In this document: piece after piece, positions 1 through 11,828 of the stretch
Position numbering within the stretch: position 1 is the stretch's first letter
How the letters are laid out: each line of letters starts with the position of its first letter
NCBI RefSeq assembly: GCF_006345805.1
Contig: NW_021833971.1
Coordinates: forward strand, 1-51,790
DNA from: Octopus sinensis
Taxonomy: Eukaryota
DNA length: 51,790 nt
Reading direction: 5' to 3'
Translations under genes and position numbers: made by a program
The notes under the pieces: model-generated
Databases searched by the model: none
What the model saw: the letters and a program-made list of their open reading frames with translations, nothing else
Told to the model about the DNA's origin: nothing

Positions 1-71
1 TCGGGGAATCGAAACCGCGATCCTATGACCGCGAGTCCGCTGCCCTAACCACTGGGCCATTGTGCCTCCAC
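1..71 (-). mobile_element. SINE family A, tRNA-like 5' head (cut by window start)
   Basis: Reverse complement reads gtggaggcacaatggcccagtggttagggcagcggactcgcggtcataggatcgcggtttcgattcccc, with A-box and B-box. It is near-identical to the heads at 2535, 4160, 11132 and 31341. Confidence 0.9.
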
Positions 72-746
72 ATTTGCAGGTGAGCACACAGCATAACGAT
101 GATATTCAGCGCGACACAGTTGAATTATTGGAAATTATACCCATACAATGTAACCCTTACACTGCGTAATTTAGAATGACAAAAGAACAAATTACAAATA
201 TTCCCGAAGCTACGATTATTATTGATCTCGATAGGAGACCAACAATAGAACATGAGAGGAGATTGATTCAATGCACAAACTGCAAACGAAATTGTTGTTA
301 TAATACAAAACAGCGCCGGAATTCAAGCAACGGCACGGTACATTGTGTCGAAATAAAAAGGGGGACAACTGCAAATAATCTAAGAATCCCATCGGTCTTA
401 TGAGAGTTTTCAGTATGTTCTATCTTTTCGTTTTGGTGATGACGGATGGCGGATGACCTGCTAATGAGTAACAACAAGAAGTTGACGCCAATTCGCTACT
501 GTACCTAATGAACCGTGAGAATGGATTCAACCAACTTCTCAGAGCGATCGTTTTAGTTCAGTAATATTTGCGAATTTTGAAGGACTGCGTTACATCCGAT
601 CGAATCAAACATCATTGCGGCCTACGACACACAAGGGCCTTACTTAAGCATTGAATGATGATGATGATTTTTACATAAATATGACACAGTATTCGAGGGT
701 AACGGTTAAAAATCGAACATGCATTATATTAACCTATCTGCTCTTT

Positions 747-792
747 TATATATATAAATATATATATATATATAGATATATATATTATATAT

Positions 793-848
<56 letters not shown>

Positions 849-852
849 TATA
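747..852. repeat. (TA)n microsatellite inside the Helitron remnant
   Basis: Direct inspection. Confidence 0.95.
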
Positions 853-2149
853 AATAGAGACAAAACCACTATTAGGCAAATCAAACATGAAAGACTTAAG
901 CCAATACATATGATTAATTTATATTATTTAAATATGTAACAAAATTATTAAAAAATATAATTAATATCCCACTACGATCGTTTCGCATACATATACAATA
1001 CATACATACAAACATACATACTCATATGTGCATGCATGTGCATTTTTTTAATAGCATATTTGATTGAGTTGATGGAAAAGCATCTCTTCTACATTCGTCG
1101 GTGGACCGAGGTTTATGATGGAGGTATGCCAGGATGCCATGTTGTACATAGGGAAAAACGACAACGCTTCGTTATTTATCACAATGGCATGCAGTCCAAA
1201 CTGGCCTGAAATCTGAAATCCGGAAAAACCCATTCCTGAATCAGAAACCACATGATAGGCCAGATTTAATTGCCAGAGTATTTGACCTGAAGCGGAAACT
1301 GTTCATAAAGCATCTTACTGGAGTAGATGGCTTATTTGGCAAGTGTATTGCTCACGTGATCACCGTTGAATATCAAAAGCGAAGTCTTCCCCATGTACAC
1401 TGTTTGCTATGGCCCAATGAAGACCAGACCGAAGGAATACGATAAATTCGTTCCAGACGAAATACTAGATCCAAACAAAGATCCATCCTCAATTGGTGCT
1501 GAAGCACATGATCCACGGTCCCAATTGCTCTAACAATTCGCCGTGTTGGAAATATGGAACATGCAACAAGCGGCACCCTACGCCTTTCAATAAACATAGA
1601 TTGTGTGTAGAGGACCCTTATCCAGTGTACAGAAGACGGTCTCCAGGAATGGGAGGATTTGCAGGGCACCAAGAACGAAGGGAAAGCCGAAATATGACGT
1701 CACAATGGGTGGTTCCCTACAATATGATACTATTAAAAAACTGTTCAACTGCCACATAAATGTAGAGATATGCTTTTCCATCAAATCAATCAAATATGTT
1801 ATCAGATATACCATGAAGGGCAGTGATCTGGCAATGCTTGGATTGAATAGGGAAGACGAAATAATACAGTATTTAACTGGAAAGCACACTGGTCCTTCAG
1901 AAGCCGTTGCCTTAGTACTCGAGTTTCCAATTCATGAAAGGGAACCAGTTGTAGTTCGCCTTCAAGTTCATCTACCTGAGGAAAACCAAATCTTTCGGAA
2001 CAATGCTGCTGTTACAGTAAACTATAGCATGCGTAAGACAACATTCACTGAGTCCATGGATATTTGTGCTCGCGATCCATTTCCAAAAAACTTTGTATTA
2101 TGCCGATGTGCCATGGTTTTACACTTGGAGTAACAAGATATGGGAAAGG

Positions 2150-2535
2150 TGGAAGCACTCCGTCGGTTACGACGATGAGGGTTCCGGTTGATCCGAATCA
2201 ACGGAACAGCCTGCTCGTGAAATTAACGTGTAAGTGGCTGAGCACTCCACAGACACATGTACCCTTAACGTAGTTCTCGGGGATATTCAGCGTGACACAG
2301 AGAGTGACAAGGCCGGCCCTTTGAAATACAGGTACAACAGAAACAGGAAGTAAGAGTGAGAGAAAGTTGTGGTGAAAGAGTACAGCAGGGATCACCACCA
2401 TCCCCTGCCGGAGCGTCGTGGAGCTTTTAGGTGTTTTCGCTCAATAAACACTCACAACGCCCGCTCTGGGAATCGAAACCGCGATCCTATGACCGCGAGT
2501 CCGCTACCCTAACCACTGGGCCATTGCGCCTCCAC
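2150..2535 (-). mobile_element. SINE family A, full length, in Helitron Rep
   Basis: tRNA-like head ends at 2535. TSD atgggaaagg lies at 2140-2149 and 2536-2545. Removing the element restores YTWSNKIWERRKMGKR. Confidence 0.93.
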
Positions 2536-3772
2536 ATGGGAAAGGAGGAAGATGGGGAAAAGAGTTGACCAATATCCAGAAATTTTTGAGGCAAACGTTT
2601 TGGGACGAGTATATACTGTTTCTCCACGAAGTGGTGAAGTGCGTTACTTAAGACTCCTTCTGCATCACGTCAAAGAGCCAGTATCGTTCAACTCTTTGAA
2701 AATATACGATGGACAACTATTGCCGTTGTTCAAAGACGTCTGCAGAGAGAAAGGTTTGTTTCAATTGGATGATCATAGGCAGCAGACTCTGGAAGATGCT
2801 GAGCGAACACGGCTTTTCAAAGACATGTGGGATCTATTCATTGTGTTCCTTACAAATACGGAAATTAACAATTCCATCACTTTATGGGCCCGACTTTACT
2901 CTACGTGACATATGCGACAGCAATGAGCCATTCGCTGGAATTTTGACAATTTGCTGATTTCCGTCAGCTTCTAACCAGTAGCAAAAAGGGGAAATGACGG
3001 CGGACGTGGTAAACGCCTTCATTGCAATATCATACTTATGGCTAAGCTTCGAAAAATTTCAGTTGAAGATAAAGATGTGATTGAGTTAGGGAGCGGCGAA
3101 CTACTCACAGTTCCCAATGGATATTGGAGAAGATAAGATCTAAAAAAAGAAAATGACGAAATTACTTTTGCCAAAAGAAATGGTTCTCCAAGCAACAACT
3201 ATAGAAGAATGCATTGACTTCATCTACCCATCATTTGACAATCCAGGTGAGGTGTTTGCGAACAATTGCATCTTTGTACCTCTCAATCAATCAAATGATG
3301 AGAAGCATCTATTCCACCTGTATCAGATGCTTCCCTGGAATCATAAAAGTGTCTCCATCCTATAATTCTGTGAGTGATGGTGCCAATGCCAATAATTTCC
3401 CGACTGAATTCCTTGATTCGGTTGAACTATCAAAACTACCACCATTTAAGTTGGAATTGAAAAAAAACGATCTCTCATAATTCTAATGAGAAACTTGAAT
3501 CCCCTAAAGCTTTGTAATGGAACGCGTGCGATCGTGAAAGAACTGCACACAATCTCATAGTAGCGATAATCAACACTGCCGCTTTCAGAAACGTAATCGT
3601 CATGATATTAAGAATAACAATTAATCTATCCGAAGGTGAAGATATCCCTTTGCAGCGAAGCCAATTCCCAGTTCAATCATGCTTTACTATGACAATTCAT
3701 AAAACACAAGGACAAATTATGGACAACGTCTTGCTTTATCTGGAACGACCTGTATTCCAACACGGTCAACTG

Positions 3773-4161
3773 TAAAGGAAGCACTCCGTCGGTTACGACG
3801 ATGAGGGTTCCGGTTGATCTGAATCAACGGAACAGCCAGCTCGTGAAATTAACGTGTAAGTGGCTGAGCACTCCACAGACACGTGTGCCCTTAACGTAGT
3901 TCTCGGAGATATTCAGCGTGACACAGAGAGTGACAAGGCCGGCCCTTTGAAATACAGGTACAACAGAAACAGGAAGTAAGAGTGAGAGAAAGTTGTGGTG
4001 AAAGAGTACAGCAGGGATTGCCACCATCCCCTGCCGGAGCGTCGTGGAGCTGTAGGTGTTTTCGCTCAATAAACACTCACAACGCCCGCTCTGGGAATCG
4101 AAACCGCGATCCTATGACCGCGAGTCCGCTGCCCTGACCACTGGGCCATTGCGCCTCCACT
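3773..4161 (-). mobile_element. SINE family A, full length, in the Helitron helicase C-terminal motif
   Basis: TSD acggtcaactg lies at 3762-3772 and 4162-4172. Removing the element restores PVFQHGQLHDALSR. Confidence 0.93.
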
Positions 4162-4312
4162 ACGGTCAACTGCATGACGCCCTTAGCCGCACAAAACGAA
4201 AGGAGAATGTTCAGAGTTTCTGAAGGATATCCAGTGAATTTCTTGCAAACAAACTGCAACAGTGTCAAAATGAGAAGATATTCCTTCGGACGTCAGAACG
4301 TGAAAAGAAAAA

Positions 4313-4352
4313 GAAGCACTCCGTCGGTTACGACGATGAGGGTTCCGGTTGA
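4313..4352 (-). mobile_element. SINE family A, ~40-bp 3'-terminal fragment
   Basis: gaagcactccgtcggttacgacgatgagggttccggttga is identical to the 3' end of the copies at 2150 and 3773. It is flanked by aaaagaaaaa at 4303-4312 and 4353-4362. Confidence 0.85.
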
Positions 4353-4833
4353 AAAAGAAAAACCAAGACAAGTATGAATGATTCCTTCATTTCAATGCAA
4401 TGTTGAATTCAGATTCAATGATTCATAACCTGAACCGTCAGTGACCCAACGGTGCTGTTCACGCGTGATATGAATGTCACATTCGTTTTCCATGCGAAAT
4501 AACCTGGAAAAGGAGGAAAAAAACCAAACCCACAAAACAAAACTCTGTTGCTGGGCAAGTCAGAGTTTCCCGGGGAAACTCCGAAGAAAGTGGCTTGCGG
4601 TGGGTTTGGAGGTAAGATACGTTGAATGCACTCGAAAAAAAAAAGCCTGTGGAAAAAAATTATTTCACGCCGAAGTACGAACGGGTCCTTTACGAAATAT
4701 TTACACAAGATGGGGACAAGCACGCGAATAAAAGGGTCGATGAGACTGATAAAGCAAAGGCGGAAGAGAGGGAAAGTGACAGAAGCAGGGGAGATCAGGA
4801 ATCAGACATTTGAAGAGTGTGTATGTATGTATG

Positions 4834-4872
<39 letters not shown>

Positions 4873-5380
4873 GTTAACAAAATAAAATAAAATTAGATAA
4901 AAAAAAAGAAAAAAGAAAGACTAGAAAAAATAAGTAGGTATAAACACATGAACAAAATAAATAAAAACAAATTAAACGAACGTGTATAAACAGGGGATAC
5001 AAATAATACATGCACTCCCCCCCCCCCACACGCACTTACTAAAACATAGACACACGTAAGGATTTACGCCTGTGCAAATAAAGACACATACAATAAGAAT
5101 GCAAAATAAAAATGGCTGATCATTAGTAAGGAAAACACACAAATAAGAGGGAAGGCAAAGGACCACTGATGAGGTCACAGAAGTGTGACGAAAGAACTGT
5201 GGCCGAAATACGATTAATATAAAAAATAAAATAAAGCTGAAGCATATTAACACCAAATATATAGTGCGTGTGTTTTTATTGGCTAAACTGGCAACATGAC
5301 CATCTCCATATATTTGGACCGTTAGCTCCTACACGCATTTTTTTCTCTCCTTGTTTCTCTCCTTGTTTCTTTTCTGTGTA

Positions 5381-5418
5381 TCTTTCTGTCGAAGAGCGTA
5401 GGCTCGAAACGTAAAAGA
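5381..5418 (+). ncRNA. Minimal type I hammerhead-like motif with variant core (CUGUCGA)
   Basis: Stem I UCUUU/AAAGA, core CUGUCGA-A, stem II GAGC-guag-GCUC, GAAA, palindromic stem III A-CG-U and a UA cleavage site. The conserved A6 is replaced by U. Confidence 0.6.
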
Positions 5419-5514
5419 CTTGTTTTATTTCTATTCCTGAGCGCCATACTAATACAATTGTTTGTTTGTACTCCACCTGCCTTCGTCTTTTGTTTATTTT
5501 CGTAAACCTTCCCG

Positions 5515-5515
<1 letters not shown>

Positions 5516-5591
<76 letters not shown>

Positions 5592-5797
5592 TGTATATAT
5601 ATATATATATATATATCAATATATAATATAATATACACACATACATATATATATTGATATATATATATGCGTGTGTATATATATATATATATCAATATAT
5701 ATATATATATATACACACATACATATATATATTGATATATATATATGCGTGTGTATATATATATATATATCATATATATATATATATACACACATGC

Positions 5798-5832
<35 letters not shown>

Positions 5833-5835
5833 ATA
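5516..5835. repeat. Compound (TA)n/(CA)n microsatellite with repeated sub-blocks
   Basis: Direct inspection. Confidence 0.9.
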
Positions 5836-6167
5836 GAGGGAGAGAGAGAGAGAGAGAGAGAGATAGTGCAAAGTGAGATAGGGGTTATGATGGTAACCCA
5901 CAATGGGATATCATTTATCCAATATACTGCCAGTAAAATACCCAAAAGGCTAATATATAAATGCTTACAATTGCAATGCAATTAGTTTATTTATTGTATT
6001 ATATGGGCGAAGGTAAAATTTTTTACCTCAAATTCATAATACAAAACAAGAAAATGGAGGAATAGATTCCTTTCAATCATCAACTTCCAGATAATACCAA
6101 TTCATATAATTTATTAACTAATTAATTAAATAGGAACATCCAATCCAACAGAATAAAACAATATATA

Positions 6168-6228
<61 letters not shown>

Positions 6229-6230
<2 letters not shown>

Positions 6231-6553
6231 TCTTTTACTCTTTTATTTGTTTCAGTCATTTGACTGCGGCCATGCTGGAGCACCGCCTTTAGTCGAGCAA
6301 ATCGACCCCGGGAATTATTCTTTGTAAGCCCAGTACTTATTCTATCGGTCTCTTTTGCCGAACCGCTAAGTGACGGGGACGTAAACACACCAGCATCGGT
6401 TGTCAAGCAATGCTAGGGAGACAAACACAGACACACAAACACATACACACACATACATACATATATATACATATACATCCGACAGGCTTCTTTCAGTTTC
6501 CGTCTACCAAATCCACTCACAAGGCATTGGTCGGCCCGGGGCTATAGCAGAAG
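6229..6553 (-). mobile_element. SINE family C, 5'-truncated, flanked by (TA)n
   Basis: Matches the body and (aaagagt)n-like tail of the full copies at 17767 and 46190. Confidence 0.9.
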
Positions 6554-6571
6554 ATATATATATATATATAT

Positions 6572-6718
<147 letters not shown>

Positions 6719-6926
6719 GTGAAATAGAAAGATGGATAATCTTGTAGTAGATAATCAAAAGTTTAACCGATACCTTAGTAGCAAAAATCACAGCAGTGAA
6801 CAGCACGGTTGGAGGTACAACCATCTGGCGTTGCAACCGTGCGTTGGTGCGGATAATTGAAATTAAAACATTATTGGTGAATTGAAGAAATGGAGCTGAA
6901 CGCAGATTGAACAGAAATCGTTTTAT

Positions 6927-7013
6927 TTCATTCTACACGTGTTTCGAAAGGCACAAATTACCAAAATCCGATTGAATAATGGGACCATATTGTGTCTTTC
7001 TCTTCAGGAAGAA
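6927..7013 (-). ncRNA. Type I hammerhead ribozyme (left arm)
   Basis: The minus strand reads UUCUUC CUGAAGA GAAAGACACAA...UUGUGCCUUUC GAAA CACGUG UA GAAUGAA, with an intact core. Confidence 0.8.
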
Positions 7014-7275
7014 AAAAGTCTCTAAGTAGATTTTTTCTCGCCCCTTATAAAACATCCAATATTCTTTAAATAGTCAGAACTTTATTCTCGGTCACAAAGA
7101 ACATCTATACACCCTCACCCACATGTTTGACCGATGCCTGAACTGTTGAATTCTTCAGCCACCGGTTCTCAACATACACTGATAAACAGTTTCGCCATGG
7201 GCTCTTAGGAGCACAGTTCGATTTGTTTTTTGCTCTGCCTCTGTTCTGTTTTTGTTTTTCCACGGTTTTCCTTTT

Positions 7276-7362
7276 TTCTTCCTGAAGAGAAAGACACAAT
7301 ATGGTCCCATTATTCAATCGGATTTTGGTAATTTGTGCCTTTCGAAACACGTGTAGAATGAA
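7276..7362 (+). ncRNA. Type I hammerhead ribozyme (right arm)
   Basis: CUGAAGA at 7282-7288, stem II 7289-7299/7333-7343, GAAA at 7344-7347, palindromic CACGUG, UA cleavage site after 7355, and stem I UUC-UUC/GAA-u-GAA. AATAAA follows immediately. Confidence 0.8.
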
Positions 7363-7432
7363 ATAAAAACGATTTCTGTTCAATCTGCGTTCAGCTCCAT
7401 TCTTCAATTCACCAATAATATATATATATATG

Positions 7433-7475
<43 letters not shown>

Positions 7476-7949
7476 TAAAATATATATATCTATATATATT
7501 ATACAATATATACACATACATATATATATTAATATATATATAAATATATATATATACATTTATCTTATATATATATATATATATATATACTGATATTGAT
7601 ATTGATATATAGTTTTTATGTTGCGTAACAGGAAGTTTCACAGCAATTGAGTTTTACAAAAAATAGTTTTGTAACAATGCTCTCATTTATCCGGTTGGTC
7701 GGTTTCGCATGGGTTGTTGGGCAGGTGTTGGGACGAAAATAGAAAATGAAAGAAAATAGAAAATGAAAAAAATAAAAATAAATAAGAAAGGAAAAAAAAA
7801 AGATCTCATTGACTGAACGATTTGTGAGGCGCTGAAATCTGGTTTTTGAATGAGAAGGATTGGTTCTTAGCAATGAAAGGTTTGTGACGACCATAGTGAT
7901 CGTAAGATTTGGTGGAATGTGGCGTGAGATAAGATATTACTCAAAAGAT

Positions 7950-7951
<2 letters not shown>

Positions 7952-7982
<31 letters not shown>

Positions 7983-8228
7983 TGTGTGTGAGAGAGAGAG
8001 AGAGAGAAGAGAGAGAGGAAGAGAGTGAGAGAGGAGGAGAGTGAGAGAGAGAATGTGTGTGTGTGTGTGCGTAAGAGAGAGAGAGAGAATGTGTGTGTGT
8101 GTGTGAGAGATAGAGAGGAAGAGAATGAGAGAGAGAGAGAGGAAAAGAGTGAGTGAGAGAGAATGTGTGTGTATGAGTGGGAGAGTGTGTGTGTGTGTGA
8201 GTGAGAGAGAGAGAGAAAGAGTGAGAGG

Positions 8229-8259
<31 letters not shown>

Positions 8260-8570
8260 GAGGAGAGTGAGAGAGAGAATGTGTGTGTGTGTGTGTGACA
8301 CTGTGCGTGCGTGTATGTGTATATTCGAATGTGTATGTGTGTACATTCAAATATTTATGTATAAGTACGTGTGTGTATATGTCTGTTTGTGTGTGCGTGT
8401 TTGTGCGCGCCCATATGTATGTGTGTGTATGTGTGAGAGAGAGAGAGTGTGTGTGGGTGTATGTGTGTATGTGTGCGATCGAGTGTGTATGAGTGTGCAT
8501 ATACGCGCGTGTATGTATGTGTGTGAGTGCCTGCGCATATACATAAATGTGTGTGTGTGTGTGTGAGATA
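7952..8570. repeat. Compound (GT)n/(GA)n microsatellite
   Basis: Direct inspection. It is the source of the HTHT/SLSL ORFs. Confidence 0.95.
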
Positions 8571-8787
8571 TATATAGATCTTCTATGAACAGCGCTTCTC
8601 CCCTCAAATGTAAACGATATGCTAATGATATGCAAACGATATGCAAGCGATATGCAAATGATATGTCTATGATTATGAACTAGAAATTATTCAGCGTTAC
8701 TTAATCGTTTGCTTGGACTGGTTTCACTCACTGGACCGCGGTCACGCTGGGACATCGCTTTATAGAACTCTTCTTCTTTGATTACAT

Positions 8788-8882
<95 letters not shown>

Positions 8883-9101
8883 TTTATTTTATAGAAGGAG
8901 CTTCTACAGGACTAGAACTGTTTCATTCAGATGAAATCTTCAGGAAGCTGGCTGTCAAAATATGTTCTGGTATTTATGCATTTAGGCAGATTTAATGGAG
9001 TGGTGGTGGCAGGGGGGAAGTTTTTTGGGTACGTTGGTATTTAGGAGATAAGCAGGGCACAAGCTATTGTTCTTAGGGGAGTGGTCAAAAGGCCAGAGGT
9101 G

Positions 9102-9170
9102 TCACGCAGTGGGACTGAACCCGGAACCATGTGGTTGGTTAGCAAGCTACTTACCACACAGCCACTCCTA
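9102..9170 (-). mobile_element. SINE family C, tRNA-like head only
   Basis: Reverse complement of ggagtggctgtgtggtaagtagcttgctaaccaaccacatggttccgggttcagtcccactgcgtgac. Confidence 0.85.
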
Positions 9171-9180
9171 TATATAAATA

Positions 9181-10074
9181 CAGGGTGTCCCAAAAGTCAC
9201 TAACGGGTTTCAGTTTTTAATAACTTCCTTAACTTTGCAAATAAATGCATGAAATTTTGATACAATATAAAGGACATAGTGGAAATCAATATGCACAAAT
9301 CAAATTTTGCAACACCAATACATTACATATCAAAAAATGCCGTCGCTTAAATGGCTGCCATTTTCGGCTTCGCACGCCCATGCTCTTTGCAAAACTTGCA
9401 CCATAACATCCTCAAGACTTTCAGACCCCACTTCTCTTATTTCTGTATTGATGTTCTCTTTCAGTTGCACCAGAATCTCTGGTTTGTTGACGTAAACCCC
9501 CTCTTTCAGGTAGCCCCTCAAGAAAAAAATCCGGGCTAGTCAAGTCTGGTGAACGTGAAGGTCAGTTACCATTGCCGTAGCCGGAGATTAGTCTTTCTCC
9601 AAAGCACTGCCGTAGCAACTGCGTTGTTTTTTTTTTTTGCGGTTTGACCAGTTGCCCCATCATGCTCGTGTGAGGTCTACTTTAAATGGCCTTCACGTTC
9701 TCCAGACTTGACTAGTCCGGATTTTTTTCTTGTGGGGATACTTGAAAGAGAGGGTTTGCGTCAACAACCCGGAGACCCTGGTGCAACTGAAAGAGAAGAT
9801 CAATACAGAAATCAACGAAATGGGGTCTGAAACTATTGAGGGTTTTATGGTGCAAGTTTTGGAAAGAGCACGGTCGTACGAAGCTGAAAGTGGCTTCCAT
9901 TTAAGCGATGTCACTTTTTGAAATGTGATGGAGTGTTGTTGCAAAACTTGACTTGTGCATATTAATTTCCATTATGTCCTTTATATTGTATCACAATTTC
10001 ATGCATTTATTTGTAAAGGTAAGGAAGTTATTAAAAACTGAACCCTTCCCCCAGTGACTTTTGGGGGTACACTG
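9181..10074. mobile_element. Foldback Tc1/mariner derivative with ~380-bp diverged inverted arms, each encoding the transposase C-terminus (DD41D/rosa-like)
   Basis: Left end TA|cagggtgtcccaaaagtcact; right end agtgacttttgggggtacactg. Both arms translate as (W)PSRSPDLTSPDFFL.GYLKE.V..N.PE.LVQLKE.INTEI. The minus strand also gives HDGATGQTA..LLRQCFGERLIS. Confidence 0.85.
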
Positions 10075-10469
10075 TTTTTATCTGTTTCTTTGTTGTCATT
10101 GTTTATTTCTAGACGACATCCTACCCACTCGCGATCAACTGACCTTGTAACCCTAAGTATTCTAGTCGTGATCAATCTGTCTCCAATTTCTCTTGGTTTT
10201 CAAATCTTTTAGATGATATTTAAGTTTATATTGGGCGTAACTTAGGAAACGGTGACAAATGATAACTTTGTAAGCATGATTGTAAATTTTCACCGCGTAG
10301 TGACTCTTGAAAATAGTTTAATGTCGGGGTATATATAAAAAACCTAACGAAATAAATGTGCGTTAGTATGCGTAGGGATCGAACCCACGCCTCATATTTT
10401 CGCTCTACTAATGTCCATTTTCTTTCCGAGGAGGGTTTATATTCCCGAATATTAGACTATTATAAAGCA

Positions 10470-11018
10470 GCGAAATGCTTGGCGGTATTTCGTCTGCCGT
10501 TACGTTCTGAGTTCAAATTCCGCCAAGGTCGACTTTGCCTTTCATCCTTTCGGGTTCGATAAATTAAGTACCAGTTACGCACAGGGGTCGATATAATCGA
10601 CTTAATCCTTTTGTCTGTCTTTGTTTGTCCTCTCTGTGTTTAACCAACCCCTTGTGGGTAGTAAAGAAATAGGTATTTCGTCTGCTGCTACGTTCTGAGT
10701 TCATATTCCACCGAGGTCGACTTTGCCTTTCATTCTTTCGGAGTCGATTAAATAAGTACCAGTTACGCACTGGGGTAGGTATAATCGACTTAATCCGTTT
10801 GTCTGTCCTTGTTTGTCATCTCTGTGTTTAGCCCCTTGTGGGTAGTAAAGAAATAGGTATTTCGTCTGCCGATACGCCGAGGTCGTCTTTGCCTTTCATC
10901 CTTTCGGAGTCGATTAAATAAGTAGCAGTTACGCACTGGGGTCGATGTAATCGACTTAGTCCCTTTGTCTGTCCTTGTTTGTCTCCTCTATGTTTAGCCC
11001 CTTGTGGGCAGTAAAGAA
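10470..11018 (+). mobile_element. SINE family B, three tandem body units, head largely missing
   Basis: Three copies of ggtatttcgtctg..gaggtcgactttgcctttcatcctttcgg..taaagaaata. Confidence 0.9.
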
Positions 11019-11131
11019 TTAAATATCGTTTCACAATAACACGGTCTCAAGAATGGACGATAGCAATTCAATCTGTGATACATATGTTTCAGTTACAAGG
11101 CATTTTATTGATTACACGTGCATCACTTAGT

Positions 11132-11523
11132 GTGGAGGCGCAATAGCCCAGTGGTTAGGGCAGCGGACTCGCGGTCGTAGGATCGCGGTTTCGATTCCCA
11201 GATCGGGCATTGTGAGTGTTTATTGAGCGAAAACACTTAAAGCTTCACAAGGCTCCGGCAGGGGATGGTGGTGAACCCTGCTGTACTCTTTCACCACAAC
11301 TTTCTCTCACTCTTTCTTCCTGTTTCTGTTGTACCTGTATTTCAAAGGGCCAACCTTGTCACTCTCTGTGTCACGCTGAATCTCCTCGAGAACTACGTTA
11401 AGGGTACACGTGTCTGTGGAGTGCTCAGCCACTTGCACGTTAATTCCACGAGCAAGCTGTTCCGTTGTTCGTATCAGCTGGGACCCTCATCGTCGTAACC
11501 GACGGAGTGCTCCTATCCTATCT
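11132..11523 (+). mobile_element. SINE family A, full length
   Basis: TSD atcacttagt lies at 11122-11131 and 11524-11533. The tail is tcctatcctatct. Confidence 0.92.
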
Positions 11524-11589
11524 ATCACTTAGTAGGAAAATGCCTGCTACGTCTTCAGGATTCCAATTGTTAAGACGACGGAGATCGCA

Positions 11590-11722
11590 TACTTCTTTCA
11601 GTTTCCGTCTACCAAATCCACTCACAAAGCTTTGGTCAGCCCGAGGCTATAGCAGAAGACACTTGCTAAAGTTGCCACGCGGTGGAACTAAACTTGGAAC
11701 CATGTGGTTGGGAAGTAAACCT
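11590..11722 (-). mobile_element. SINE family C, internal/5' fragment
   Basis: ttctttcagtttccgtctaccaaatccactcacaaagctttggtcagcccgaggctatagcagaagacacttg matches family C. Confidence 0.85.
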
Positions 11723-11828
11723 CCAAACTCAATTAATTGAGCGTTCTCCTGCATTTCTACTTCAAGACATGCAGCGTCTGATGTATTTTGAAAGAAAAAA
11801 AAAATTTTATTACTCTAAATATAACCAA

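Larger units (their letters stand above)
100..4310 (+). pseudogene. Decayed autonomous Helitron RepHel (HUH Rep + PIF1-like helicase), frameshifted, internally deleted, interrupted by (TA)n and three SINE A copies
   Basis: Translated motifs occur in canonical order: RPTIEHERR, ESHRSYESFQYVLSFRFGDDGW, STFVGGPRFM..DAM..LFITMACSPNWPEI, EYQKRSLPHVHCLLW (HUH, 1368-1412), MIHGPNC, YPVYRRR, WVVPYN, HINVEIC.SIKSIKYVIRY, GRVYTVSPRSGEVRYLRLLLHHV, ADFRQLL, FPTEFLDS..LPPFKLELK, LMRNL..LCNGTR, QFPVQSCFTMTIHKTQGQ and HGQLHDALSR. Confidence 0.93.
6870..7419. repeat. Inverted repeat: ~149-bp arms (6870-7018 and 7271-7419) with a 252-bp spacer
   Basis: The arms are near-perfect reverse complements differing by only a couple of single-base indels. 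Confidence 0.95.

Noticed and set aside
4400-4830. Helitron 3' terminus or a captured exon downstream of the helicase
   Set aside because: No hairpin + CTRR end was found and no recognisable protein is encoded.
11132-11200. tRNA genes at SINE A, B and C heads
   Set aside because: They have A/B boxes but no complete cloverleaf, and they continue into SINE bodies with TSDs.
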